A stretch of DNA of 64,000 bases from the human T2T-CHM13v2.0 reference genome, Homo sapiens, in NCBI RefSeq assembly GCF_009914755.1, contig NC_060928.1. One strand, 5' to 3'. The notes under the pieces are model-generated. The model was not told the DNA's origin. It ran no database searches and was given only the letters and a program-made list of their open reading frames with translations. The position numbers and the translations under genes were made by a program. Shown piece after piece: positions 1 to 14,146 of this stretch. Position 1 is the first letter of the stretch. Each line of letters starts with the position of its first letter.

Positions 1-1322
1 TCAATTGTCATTCACTGCCTCTGCTTTCTCTTGATTTCTGTAATTGCACTCCTTATGACCCCTTTCCCGTCCACCATATTCTTCTGAAAGTACAGATCAA
101 ATAGATGTCCCAACTTATTTCAGACAGGAAAGCTTTGATTGGGCAAATTATATTGTAAGTACTGTGAGGGCTGGGTTGAAAGAAAAATATGAGACTGAAA
201 GCAGGAAAGCTCTTGCAATAACATGGATAAGAGGCAATGAGGTCTGCTGGGGGGAACCGTGGGCTGTGATGAATGGAATGCAGACAAATATGGGGTAAGA
301 TCCACTGCCGCCCACTTGCCAGCTCGGTGGCCCTGGGCAAATCACTGAAGGTCTTTGAGCTTTAGTGCTTTCATTTTCAAGATAAAGGTTGTAATATCTA
401 TCTTATTTGTTGCTTCAAGCATCAAAGGAAATACATTTATTTTGGCTTATAGGAGATGCTCCAGAAGTTGCAGTCTTCACAATTTAGATTTGGGGCAATT
501 CGGTTGCAAAGAGAGATAGATAAGGGAAACAAAGACGAGAAGAATAAAAGAATGCCAGTAGGTTCAGTTTGAATTATCTCTGGCTTTCTAAATTCCTAGA
601 TTGTTCCTAACCTGCCACAATATATGTGGGTTTTCTTTGTCTTGTTTTCATCTGGAAAAACTTACCATCTTTGAAAAGATATGTTTTTGATAATACTAGC
701 CTATATTACTTGCCAGTTAACTGCTATCTGTGAGTTTCTCTGTATAGGAAGTTGGAGGGGGGTAGTGATGGGAAAAGAAAAAAAGCGGTAGCGGAAGGCA
801 GAAAGGTGGGCAGAAGAAAGATGAGAGTGGAGGGTGGCAGCAAAGGCAAGGTGTTACACAATCTTTCTTTTTGATTCATAGCACACACTTTTCCTGAGTT
901 TGCTCCGGGTTGTTTTCAAAGAGTGTACAGATTTCCTGCTGATTATTGACTCTGCTTTACAATTCCAGCGTTTTGTCATAGTTTGTTTTTTAAAGTTGAG
1001 TAACCAAGCACATGTACCTTTGTCTATGCCGCTAATACCTCCTTAGTCACATAACAGCTGTTCCCTGGGTCTCTCCTATAGTGCTGTGACACGTTTGTAC
1101 CCAGCAAGGAAATCATATCCCTCAGTCATCATTACTTTAGTTCTAATCATTTGCATTTCTATAATCTCTCCTATGATACACATTTGTATTTCAGAATTTC
1201 TTGCCCTAGTTAATGTGGGAGAATTAGCTAGAAGGTAAGTTATATAAAAAAATCTGTTTTCTTCCTTGTAATTGTCATCTAGAGGTCTCCCCTACCATTA
1301 TATCCCTTGAAATTCTGAGTAA

Positions 1323-1655
<333 letters not shown>

Positions 1656-3403
1656 TGAGTTGGGGAAATCAAAGGTTTACCACCTTCCAAACCACCACTA
1701 TTTGCAGCCCTCCTGTTTGTCCTCTGCTAGCCAATGCTTCCCCACTCTCCCATTCTGCCTGTGGGTTGCCCCCTTTAGTCCTGACCTCCATCCCATCTCT
1801 CCTCCTTCCACCCATCCCAATCAAATATCTCTAATTTGGTAATTAAGAAGGATGTTCATCTAACTAGAATATTCACACCAGCGAATGGATGAGGCTTAAC
1901 CCCTTCAGAGATCATTTCCATTTTAAAGCTGTAAAAATGAAGAAAGGGAATATTGGGAAAGAAATGGCCAGATCCTGCATTTTTGGTGACCCCATATCTG
2001 CTTTTCTAGAGGGCCAAGAGATGAAAATTATTCTGGCTGCATAATTTATAGCTATATGGATTTGAATTGTTGCTTTCCTCTTGCTTCTCTCTGACTTGAC
2101 CAAGCACGTAGCTAGGCCTTTGTGCCGCTGTGCACGAGGGAAGCTTCATGCAGAAGGAAGGCGGGGAGTGAGTGTGGTTTGTGGTGAACTCTTTCTCGTG
2201 ATCTTTGTTTTCAAGAATCCTGAGCTCCTCTAGGGGTCTGTACTAGAGCAGAAGGCAGGAGACCAGGGCCTTTGAGCACAGTGCTCTAGAAGGAAACTGC
2301 TGCAGTGTGAGCTCGGTGGACTGTACTCCAGTTAGAGGGTCTCAGCTTTGTCCCAGGCTGTGAGGGGCACAGGAGTAACAAACCTGAACCTCAGAGGATA
2401 CGTGGGTCTGAACATGAACACATGTAAGGCATATAGGTGGGCTGGTCATAGGAGGACTGTCCCCATCTAGGCTACTCTGGGTGAGTCTCTCCCTGCCCAA
2501 AGAACGTTGAGGACCCTAAACTAGAAGGGCACTCACCGTGATGGAGATTGAATTCCCCATTAGGCAAGTTAGAAGGGGGCTCAGAGACTAATTTGTCTTC
2601 AAGTAAACAACATTTTTTAGTATATGGGGGTTTGTGGATTCAAACTTACACTCTACAAGAATCAACTTTAGAGCCATGTAAAATCTCCTTTCATCACTAG
2701 CTTGTAAATGATCACAAAACAAAAAGTAGAGTAAAATTCACAATCCTCTAGGCAGCAGTGCAGGTATTACTATATCTTCACTGTCTCCATGTTCTCTATA
2801 TCGTCATTTTACTCAAAGCTAGGCTTTGAGGAATCAGTCAGGTTTATTTTAAAACTGAAAATACAAATGTTAACAACGTCTTTTAAAAAACCAGAGTGTC
2901 TCCCAATAGTCCTAGCTCAGCTATTTCATTTTTACATATTACCTTTCACTGGCATAATTTTACACATTTGCAATTATGTCTTGCAGACTGTTTCTTTTCT
3001 TTCTCAAAGCCTATGAGGGTTAATGCTTCAAATAACCTGCTGAACTTGAGAAGAACTGACAGAAGATATCTATTAATTAATTAGCTCCAGAGAATGCTAG
3101 AGGAAAAATAAGAGTGGCTTGGTCTGGTCATTGTATGCCACACAAATAAAGGCTAAAGGGAGATTTTAAAGCATATCACTGGTTAATTGCATACTATTCA
3201 AATCCTGAACTAATGCTTTTTTCCCTCTACTTTTTTTTCTGCCACATATTTTCTTTCCTGAAACACCTTGGGTTCTCCTAATAACCTGGATTTTTAAATA
3301 CGCTCAGGCCTATTCTGGCCAAATACCTGAACTTACAAGATTCCTCTTTTGTACTGTCCTGTTGCTCTTCCTGCGTTTGCAGATTGATAGAATAAGCACT
3401 GGA

Positions 3404-3728
3404 GGCTGAGCACGGTGGCTCATGCCTGTAATCCCAGCACTTTGGGAGACCGAGGCGGGTGGATCACTTGAGGTCAGGAGTTCAAGACCTGCCTGGCCAA
3501 CAAGGCGAAACCCCATCTCTACTAAAAATACAAAAAAATTAGCCAGGCATGGTGCCAAAAGCCTGTAATCCCAGCTACTCCAGAGGCTGAGGTGGGAGAA
3601 TTGCTGGAACCCAGGAGGCAGAGGTCAAGGAGGCTCACTTCTTCCTTGAACTCAGGAGGCAGTGAGCCAAGATCGCACCGCTGCACTCCATCCTGGGTGA
3701 CAGAGCCAGACTCCTCAAAAAATAAATA
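3404..3728 (+). mobile_element. AluS with internal rearrangement
   Basis: Dimeric Alu consensus; degenerate TSD ending in CACTGGA on both sides. Confidence 0.92.
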
Positions 3729-3744
3729 GAGAAGCCACTGGATA

Positions 3745-3925
3745 AAGCAGGTCTTGATTCTAGTTCTCCTTCTGCCTACTTTTAGGAGCTTGGTAGGCAA
3801 GCCATTCAGCCTTTACAAACCTCATTTGTTATCAGCAAAATGTGAATTACAAATAGTGATTCTATCTACCTCCCAAGGTGGTTGTTAGGATCAAAAGAAT
3901 CAAATCTGGGAAAACACTTGAAAAA
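3745..3925. mobile_element. MIR fragment
   Basis: MIR core-like CCTCATTTGTTATCAGCAAAATG...CTACCTCCCAAGGTGGTTGTTAGGATCAAA. Confidence 0.6.
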
Positions 3926-4769
3926 CTTTAACATGGAACACAAATGTAAGCTATTGCATAAGACCAAATTAAATATCTTACATTTAATTGTACTTTTTCC
4001 CATCTATCAGTTATAAGCAGGTCACCTGAATTTAAAAAATAACTGATACAGAGTAATGTGTGTGTGCATACCATTCTGGCCATAGAGCATACTGAGAAGA
4101 CAATATTATAATTCACTGCCTAGTACCATTAGTTAGAATGTTTTCAATCCAACCAGGTGATCTACTTTCTTCCCAAGCAGCTTTTAAAAAAGGTACCAAA
4201 CTGCCATTAAGTGAAAAAAATAACCATTTTATAAACTTCACAGACATTTACTCCTTTATCTTTCTTGTCATTTGCACAGAAAATAAAATTTGCACAGAAA
4301 GCACTGAGTTCACTTACTTGAGAAGTGAGGTGATTCGGTTTTCTCTTCCCTTTGGAATCACCACTTTCCTTCTGCTGTTATTCTATGTGGGCTTCACTAA
4401 TCATAGAATGGCAGTTTCTTAATCAAAATTGTTTTATTTTGAACACAAAAGCAAATTAAGCAGATTTTTTAAGAGATGGAATCACACAGAGTTTATCTTA
4501 CCTCCAAAGGAATGGATTGGGTTTGGTGTTTGAGTTTTATTAGGAAATTTATCATAAACTCAGGTCAGATATATTAATAAGTATTATATTTGGCTCAAAT
4601 GAAAGCAGAGGGGAAAATGACGTTAGGGATAGTGATGGTTGAGAAATAAAAGCCACAAATTATTTAATACTCCTGAGCAACATCAAACAAAACACCTCCA
4701 AGTTAAGGGATCACTTTTTACACAGCAATATTTACTACAACAGTGGTCCCAAAATTATTTTATGTTGAA

Positions 4770-4879
4770 CTTAGGTAGTTGGTAAGACTAATATTCAATT
4801 TTCAAGAGACCGAAGTTCCTACCCCTTAGGTAGTTGGTAAGACTGTTATTCAATTTTCAAGAGACGGAAGTTCCTACTC
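4770..4879. repeat. 55-bp tandem duplication (2 copies)
   Basis: CTTAGGTAGTTGGTAAGACT..TATTCAATTTTCAAGAGAC.GAAGTTCCTAC at 4770 and 4825. Confidence 0.95.
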
Positions 4880-6661
4880 CTGGTTTTATCATTCATTAAC
4901 CTGTGAGCTAGCCAAAGTGTCATTTAAATGTGCTGATTCCTTTGTCTATAAAATGGGAATGTCTATTATTTTAAGTTATTATAAAGTTCAAATGAGAATA
5001 CATGTAAAACTCTTTTCAAAAGGGAGCATGTGGAAGCATTATCATTATTCTCGATTTAACCAATAAGAAAAATTGTAATGTTAATCTCTTATAGTACAGA
5101 TTTTGTGTTTTTTTTTACAAATCAAATTTTCCAAGAAATGTTTAAGGTGTTTTCTTATTTTCCAGAGTAATATTTATTGTTAGATTGAGGGAGTGGGTGG
5201 AAAGAATACAAATTCAAGTCAAAGTACATAAAAGCATATGCCTATTTAAAGTTTCATTTTCTTTCCCATTCTTATTGTGATATTACTCAGCATGATGTAT
5301 TACGGGCTTTAGGGGTGATTTGTATTCATCGTAAAATTTTCTCTCGGTACTATTAGAGCCCATTGTGGGATGCTTAGGACTGTCTGAAAGTCATTTATCA
5401 TTCAGAATTTATGATAAAACCACTGTTAGGCAGCTTCTAGACACTCTGTCATATTTACCCTTCTGGAAAGCAACATAGTGAAAGAACATTTGGGAAGTGA
5501 CCTTGATGCTTTCATATTGTGCTATTGTAAATATCATTAATGCTAGAACTTTTAAACATCCATCCTATCAAGAATCAACTGCTAAGATGTCTAAAAAGCT
5601 ATATTCCTACATTTCATTTCTGACTCTTTTCCTCAAATTGTAAATGAGCTGTTTCTAGCAAGCATGGTCCTTGATGTGGCATTGGAGTCTACTTTTTAGA
5701 TCACTGACATTTACTAAGGCCTTTCAAGAAATGAAGGCCACATTCTTCAGACTGTATTTCTGGAAATTATGTGCATATTTAGCTGGATTTGTTTTTCTGT
5801 GCAAGGAAGAGACTAGAGACTTGCTGTGCAACGTTATTGGGATGACCCCTTGAATAAGTCTCAAAGGTCTGAGCAGCTGCTCAGAATGGGAAGTTGTGCT
5901 TCTTTGCCAAGACAAGTATTTTTCATTTTCTAGAGTCATAGATTACATTGGACAGAGAGAAAATGTTCTGGATTCTTATTGTCCCAGTGATACCACCATA
6001 CTACCTACCTTGCATGCAAGTTGGTGTTGAACAATGCAGTGAATCTACAGTGCTAGTGTGTATTCTTCCTCCTTATTAGGGCAATCAAGAAAAAACAAAA
6101 CTACCTTTGTCCAGAATTTAAGACGATGACAACTCTCAGTTTTGAAGGGTAGAAATTATTTAAGTGCTATTTTTTTCTAGCACCAAAGCCACTTCTTCCG
6201 TACAAAGTACTTAGATTGTAAAAGTTTCTTGTAAAAAAACACACAAAAAACTTCCATGATTCCAAGGAAGAAAAAATGCAAAAACATTACACAGTCCCCC
6301 CAGAGAGTTGGATGCTGTCCCTTTTTCAAGGCTTGTTGCTCCATTTCTTTTCTCCTGACCCTACCCACCAATATAACCAGTCTCTCCTTGCCTAACATGT
6401 CCTTAGACTTTACTCAAACTGTTCCCACTACTAGTAATGCCATTACCTGATACTCCAACTGTTGAAGTCCTACCCTTCCTTCAAGGCCCCATTCAAATTC
6501 TGCTTTCTAGGTCTTCCCATATGTTCTCCGACCAAAATGATCTGTCTTCAGATATACCTTCATGATAATTTGCTTATACTTCTATTAATGGCTTATCGTC
6601 AACCTTATTTTATCATTAGTTATCTACTGTGTTTGAAATAAAAAATGGGCAGCATGTTGGT

Positions 6662-7171
6662 TGTCAAGAATTGTGGAGCATCTGAGATTTTATCCAAAAG
6701 TAAGCTAACATGTTTACCTATCAGATTCATGAATGCTGGCAGAAGACATGAAACTCCTGGGTCAGAGACAAAGGACTTTATTACACAAAGATATAGCAGT
6801 AGCTGGAATATCAGCATTTGTCCCAGTTCTCTAAACTCCAGTTCCCAAGGGAGACACAAAGAAGGCCAGGTAACGCCTGCATGTGCAGTGGGTTGCCCTG
6901 TGGAGAGGAACCCTGAACTCACGGAGCCCAAATCCTTTATAATAAGAAGTAAACCTTACTAAATTTTGCCTGGAGACATTAATTTATTATTCTAAACCAC
7001 AAACAAACCTGTCCTTTGCTCCAGAGGCAGCTCCCTTTACTGTCTTCCAAGTCTGTTCACTAAACAAACATCCTTAGAAAGATACCCCAAAACAAAGGTG
7101 GTCTGTACCTCTGCACCTCTGTCCGTAAGACATGAAGAAATGTAACAGACCCAGAAAATTGATTCCCAACA
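6662..7171 (-). mobile_element. Solo LTR, LTR40-like (ERVL)
   Basis: TG...CA ends; matches the recalled LTR40 consensus (AATAAAGTCCTTTGTCTCTGACCCAGGAG on minus); 5-bp TSD TTGGT/TTAGT; paralogous to 35115-35580. Confidence 0.75.
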
Positions 7172-7996
7172 TTAGTTTCCTCTATACTGCCCACCCTTCC
7201 CCTTGATTATAAGCCCCTAGAGGGCAAGAAGAATGTCTTATTATAGTTCTCATGGAATAAATGCTGTTTGTTCAAGAAAGTCCATTACATCTTCTGAGTA
7301 AATAGAATGATCTACCAGAGATGTTAATAATTTCCTATGTCAACACACTATTTTTAGAGAAATGTTTCTGCCCCAGCTGTCTGGAGACCAATGAGAATAT
7401 ACATTTTTTTGACAACACAGTCTCCCTGTTCTACATGAGTTTTTCTCTTTGGGGGTAACTAATTCTCAGGCCTTCCATTTCCTATTTCTTCTCACTCCTT
7501 GCCACAAACACAGTATTTTTCTACTTTTATTCTTGCCCTCGCCAATACCAAATCCTAGGAAAAGAGTGAGATTCATTTGCACCAGGGTATAAAAAGCTTT
7601 AGTGTCACCCATCTGAGACTTAATGTCAACTTCCATTAAGTGGGAAAGAAATAAAAATTTTGAGAATGTAGCAATTGCTAGAAACCATAATAAATAAAAA
7701 TGTTTGACTGCTGTTCTTGAAATTGTTCATTCATAATACATTGATGAACATCTACCCTACCTACACACAAGAGTAAGCTTCAGGAATGAGTATTCATACT
7801 ACAAGGAAGTTATTTACGATGGAAGTACTCTGAGAGTAGAAATACAGCATTTTTATTATCACTTATATATCTGCTATTTTAAAGCTAACACAAAGCAACA
7901 CAAAATGGTTTTGAATCAGGGACAAGAAAAAACATTGTCCCTGCTAAGACAATCATGTAGTAGTATATATTCTTTGTCTAAGACAATTCTTACATA

Positions 7997-8297
7997 GGAC
8001 AGGCACGGTGGCTCACATCTGTAATCTTAGCACTTTGGGAGGCTGAGGTGGACGGATCATGATGTCAGGAGATCAAGACCATCCTGGCCAACATAGCGAA
8101 ACCCCATCTCTACTAAAAATACAAAAATCGGCTGGGTGTGGTGGTGCGTGCCTGTAATCCCAGCTACTAAGGAGGCTGAGGCACAAGAATTGCTTGAACC
8201 CAGGAGGCAGTGAGCCAAGATCACGCACTGCATTCCAGCCTGGCAACAGAGCGAGACCTCGTCTCAAAAGAAAAGAAAAGAAAAGAAAAGAGAAGAA
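7997..8297 (+). mobile_element. AluS (Sc-like)
   Basis: Full dimer, (GAAAA)n tail, TSD AATTCTTACATA at 7985-7996 and 8298-8309. Confidence 0.93.
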
Positions 8298-8689
8298 AAT
8301 TCTTACATAACTCAAGGTTTTTTTCTTCAAATTAACACCCCTTCTAAACATTGAGAGTGCCAAGAGAGTTTGAAAGGGCCAAAGGGGATGGTGATGATCT
8401 TAACAGAAGAAATATGCCTGTATGAGTATGGCATATTTGAGTGGTGTGAGTGGTAGCTGCATGGATTTTATAAAAAGTTCAAATAATGCCTAGGGGATAC
8501 ACTGCATTGTATTTAATGCAGCATTTGCATGGGAGTTGCCAGAACTCTCAGAGGTGCTTTCATAGTGTGTCATTTTTAAACTCTGTAGGTATAAAGATGG
8601 TTGTGATAATTATGGGCCAATTTTGCTAGTTAATATTCACTGCAAAGTATCAGACCCCATATATTCCATGCCTGGTGCCACTCCAATAT

Positions 8690-8930
8690 TCAGGATTGCA
8701 AGTCAAAGTTACCACCTCAGAGAGAACCTCTCTGATCACCAGTCTAAAGCTGCATCTATACCCCATCAGTCAGCCTGAAATGATCTTAGTGGTTTATTTG
8801 CTTATTGATAATTTTCTCCTTTCTCCCTCCAGCACATGAGATTTGGGAGTCTTGCCTATTTCTTTAGAGTTGTATCCCTGGGCCTAGAACAGTGTCTGAG
8901 ACACGGGGAAAATCAAGAAATAATCAAAGA
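8690..8930. mobile_element. L2 3'-end fragment
   Basis: GTATCCCTGGGCCTAGAACAGTGTCTGAGACAC resembles the L2 terminal motif. Confidence 0.55.
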
Positions 8931-9174
8931 GAGAATGGATCTATTGTTCTACTCTTTTAGGCCACAGTTTCCATTGGTATGTGCAGTTTTCTTGGCAGTT
9001 AGCAACTGTTCTCAGCAGAGTGCTGGCCAAGTTTGCTTTCTCAAAACCCACAGATGATAGGTGAAATCCTCATGGCTTGACGAGGAAGGAAGAAGAATCT
9101 TTCATTCTTCTCTCACAGTAACTGTGGTTTCCTCCTTCTAATGCTATTGCTTCTCCTTATTTGAGATTTGGGGT

Positions 9175-9602
9175 TGTGTTAGGCCATTTTTTGCATTGCT
9201 AGAAAGAAATACCTGAGACTGGGTAACTGAAAAAGAAAAGAGGTTTAACTGGCTCATGGTTCTGCAGCCTGTGCAATAAGCGTGGCACCAGCATCTGCTC
9301 AGCTCCCAGTGAGGCCTCAAAGAGCTTTTACTCATGGCAGAAGGCAAAGTGGGAGCAGGCATGTCACACTGCAAGAGCAGGAGCAAGAGAGAGAGGAGGG
9401 AGATGCCACACTCTTTTAAACAACCAGACCCTGCATGAACTCAGAGCGAGAGCACAGATATCACCAAGGGGATGGGCCAAGCTATTCATGAGGGATCTGC
9501 CCCCGTGACCCACTGCCTCCCACCTCCAACACTGGTGATTCCATTTCCTTCTTTTTTTCTTTTCCATTTCATCATGAGATTTGGAGAGAACTAACCATAT
9601 CA
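9175..9602. mobile_element. MST-family MaLR solo LTR
   Basis: GAAATACCTGAGACTGGGTAA...TGGCTCATGGTTCTGCAG...ACTCATGGCAGAAGGCAAAG...AACCATATCA. Confidence 0.85.
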
Positions 9603-9882
9603 GGGTGTTTTTCTGAGTATAGAGAGAATCATTCCTGGTAACTGTTGGATTTTTCAGCAGTTCATCCAGTCCACAGACCATCTTCCCTTCAGTCCCTCCC
9701 ACCACATCACACAGCCTCCAGCAATTTGTGGGGAATATTTGTTTACAACCGTGTTATGCATATACACATATGTGTGTAACATAGATTATGCATATTTCAC
9801 ACTGATAAATACAAAGAAAATAATGATAGGGGTGCAGGGAGAATGCACACCTGCTGATTCTCACATTTTAAAAGGAAGTACT

Positions 9883-10208
<326 letters not shown>

Positions 10209-11117
10209 TCAGGTAATAAAACTCTTCTATTTAGTAATTGGGCTAGGTTCTATAAAATATGAGCCACATCAAATCTCAGATGATTTAGGTCACATTGAGT
10301 TTCAGATTAGTCTGCCTTTCTGAACCTAGGCAGACTTCTAATAAATATATTCTGGAAAAAAATGCATATATTTCTCTCACCATCAACCCCAAGAAGGACA
10401 TATGTGATATTTTTCTAGTATTATTTCTAACACAAGCCATCCTTATATTCACCCTCCTCCCTCTCCTGTTTCTACAATTCTGCTCATTTCACATTTTCTG
10501 CAGAAGCAGATTTCCAGAAGGAAAAATCAAAGACCTAACAACTGCTGTTAGCACAGGAGTTGACCTAGGAAAGGGCTCCGCATTTGCAAGTTGGAGGCGT
10601 AATCTACCTCGCTGTAGATAACTGTCTGTTTCCTTCTGTGGCCCTAGGGCTTTCCCAATTCATCTCGCTGATCAAACCTGGTTACTCAGAGCCTGGGGTG
10701 TGTTTGTGAAGGACAGAGCAGGCTGTATTTAGGGAGAATGCCTGTTAACACATAGAAAAAGTGACTTAGTGTTGGCAAGTCTTTCATTTCCCTATTTATC
10801 TACATTATTTCTTTACATGGATGTTTCTAACATCACAGGAAGTACTGTGGCTTTCTTGCTGTGTTTTTGTTTTCCTACTCAACCAATATGGTCACCCTTT
10901 CCTGTTCACTAAACCTAAAGCAGGAAGATTCTTATACACTCTCCGCATGCTTCCAGGAAAGACTCTGTTGCTTGTTCCTTTGATTGAGGAGATTGCATTG
11001 CAAATAGGAAGATATCTTGAGAATGATTAGGAAAGGCTTTTATTCTGGAAATGCTCAAGTACTGAGGTGAAGAAAGATGAAGACCTGCAGAGCTGATTCA
11101 CATCCATTTAATTGTTA

Positions 11118-11584
11118 TGTAGCAGGACAAGCCACAGACAAAACCCCTCAGACACCGAGTTAAAGAAGGAAGGGCTTTATTCGGTCAGCCAGGGGCTTCG
11201 CCGGCAAGACTCATGTCTCCAAAAACAGAGCTCTCTGAGTGAGCAATTCCTGTCCCTTTTAAGGGCTTACAACTCTAAGGGGGTCTGCGTGAGAGGGTCG
11301 TGATCGATTGAGCAAGCAGTGGGTACATGACTGGGGGCTGCATGCACCGGAAATCAGAAGGGAACAGAACAGGACAGGAATTTTCACAATGCTTTTCCAT
11401 ACGATGCCTGTAATCTATAGATAACATAATTGATTAGGTCAAGGGTCGATCTTTAACCAGGCCCAGGGCGCGGCACTGCGCTGTCTTCCTATGGATTTCA
11501 TTTCTGCCTTTTAGTTTTTACTTCTTCTTTCTTCGGAGGCACAAATTGGGCATAAGACTCTATGAGGGGTGGTCTCCTCCCTTA
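11118..11584 (-). mobile_element. Solo LTR2 (HERV-E/Harlequin)
   Basis: Minus strand begins TAAGGGAGGAGACCACCCCTCATA and ends ...CTGCTACA; AATAAA at 11181-11176; perfect 4-bp TSD GTTA. Confidence 0.88.
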
Positions 11585-11735
11585 GTTACAGGCCAAATAA
11601 ATACCAAGAGGAAGGAAAAACAGAAATTCTCAACTGAGAATGTGGCATTTTCATTGAAACACTAGTAATCAGCTAAATGAGATTTAGGGGCTGATATTTA
11701 TATTTACAAGAATTTTTCTTTCAATAATAAGAAAA

Positions 11736-12043
<308 letters not shown>

Positions 12044-12680
12044 GAAAAACATATTTAACACAGTGTTGAAAATGATTCAGAACTTCCCATCTGACTGAAA
12101 AAATCAACAGATTAAGTACTCTGCACTCTTATCTAGTAGAAGTCATGATTCATTGTAGCATTTCAGAGACATTGGCTTTAGTTTCCATTTTGTGAAAAAT
12201 TAAGAAAGCCAGTAGCTTAACCACAAAAAAACCTTGTTTTATGTGTTAGCTCATAATGATATCCTAATATCACACAAGACAGTGATTTAATCCATAAGGC
12301 AAAGAGCTCAAATTTCACACCCAGCTGTCACTTTCTGCCTACCCTGTATAAAGAATCACCTAGTTTCCTTTTTAATCTTACCTCTGTAAGCAATTCCTTC
12401 ATCTGACTCACAAAGTTCTGAGGGTTGTATCCTTACCTTAAATATACGGATAGCATTTTCACTGAGACTTAAATTATCTCACTGTGGTAAGAAGATAAAC
12501 ATGATTCACCAGGAAAAACAGGAAAGTTGAACATTTAAAAAATAATATTAAACTATTATAAAACATATATGGAAATAAAAAAAACAACAACTAAACTTCA
12601 CCAGATGGTCAGAGACTTCTAGGAGTTCTGTATACTCAAAATGCTTTGAATAAGATAAGCTTTTTTTCACCACCTTGAAA

Positions 12681-13408
12681 TGTAACGACCCAACAGGTTC
12701 ACCTTGCCCACAGCCTGGACAGAGCCCGTTTATCAAGACAGGGAACTTGCAGTGGAGAAAGAGTAATTCATTCAGAGCCAGCTGTGCGGGAGAGCGGAGT
12801 TTTATTATTACTCAAATCAGTCTCCCAGAGCATTCTGGGATCAGAGTTTTTGAAGATAATTTGGCGGGTAGGGGCTTGGGAAGTAGGGAGTGCTGATTGG
12901 TCAGGTTGGAGATGGAAACACAGGGAGTCAAAGCGAGTTTTTCTTGCTGTTTCCTCTTCCTGGGTGGGGTGGCAGAACCATTTCAGCCGAATTACGGGTC
13001 TGGGTGGTGTCAGCTGATCCACTGAGGGGTGCAGAATCAGCAAATTATCTCAATTACTGATCCCAGGTTTGACAATAGTGATGGTATCCCCAGGAGCAAT
13101 TTGGGGAGGTTCAGACTCTTGGAGCCAGAGGCTGCGTGACCGCTGAACTGTAATTTCTAATCTTGTAGCTAATTTGTTAATCCTGCAAAGGCAGACTGGT
13201 TCCCAGGCAAGAAGGAATTTTTTTCCAGAAAGAGCTATTATCCATTTTGTTTCAGAGTCAAACCATGAACTGAATTCCTTCCCGAAGTTAGTTTGGTCTA
13301 TGCCCAGGAATAACAAGGACAGCTTAAAGGTCAGAAGCAAGATGGAGTCGGTTAGGTTCTTTTACTGTCATCATTTCCTCAGTTATAATTTTTGCAAAGG
13401 CAGTTTCA
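12681..13408 (-). mobile_element. Solo LTR8-family (ERV1)
   Basis: Minus strand begins TGAAACTGCCTTTGCAAAAATTATAACTGAGGAAAT and ends ...GTTACA; perfect TSD GAAA. Confidence 0.88.
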
Positions 13409-13613
13409 GAAACACAAAAAACAAATCTGAAAGCACAGAAGCACACAGACACACATTGGATCGCCAGTTATGATACAGTCATTGTTTCAAATCTTTCTCT
13501 CCCTGTAGCAGTGAGAGCCTGGTCTGAGATAGGACCTACTGTCTGACAATCTGAAAAAAACAGAGGAAGGTTCAAGTGCCACGAAGAACCCCTTTCAATC
13601 TAACTCTCAAATG

Positions 13614-14146
13614 TGTCAACTGAAAGGTTAAATAACAAGCACTGTAACTTAAAGAAATTTAAAGTGAGCTTTATTCTGGGCCAAGTTTGAGGATGATAGC
13701 CCAGGAAACACAGAGTCAGGGCAAAACGACAATGTGTCCCCAAGTGGGCTACACGAGGCACAGTATTTATACATTCCTCCTACGCAGGAATGGGAGAAGG
13801 GGGCAGTCAAGCAAAGGCGACAATCTTACAATTCTGTTTGTTGCTCAGTGGTCTTATACATAAGATACAGCAAATATGTGGTTAAGGCATAGAGGGTAAA
13901 ATGTTTAAGAACATGTGGGCATCTTAGGGCCAGAGAGGAATGACCTGTTCTACTGTGCCCTTGTGAATCATCTGCTAGGCAAGGCTGTAATCAGTACAGG
14001 TCAGTGAAATATTTGACAGCCTCAAGCCTTGCAGACAAAGGTTCAGCTCTAGTTCATGGGCGTCGTTTCCATTACCATATATCCAACCTGTAACCATCTT
14101 GGGCTGCTTTTAAATATTTTCCCTTCAGATTTTCCTTTTTCTGACA
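13614..14146 (-). mobile_element. Probable ERV1 (MER4-group-like) solo LTR, family uncertain
   Basis: TGTCA...TGACA inverted ends; minus-strand TATAAA (13765-13770) and AATAAA (13670-13675) in LTR order. Confidence 0.5.

Noticed and set aside
7917-7943. 9-bp hairpin CAGGGACAA/TTGTCCCTG (and a similar one at 32840-32861)
   Set aside because: Short stems like this are expected by chance in 64 kb, and nothing supports an RNA gene or MITE.
12675-13473. Cluster of overlapping 70-100 aa ORFs (similar clusters at 6620-6962, 16680-17259 and 53546-54268)
   Set aside because: All fall inside solo LTRs and show no gag/pol/env similarity. No internal proviral sequence or PBS follows the LTRs.
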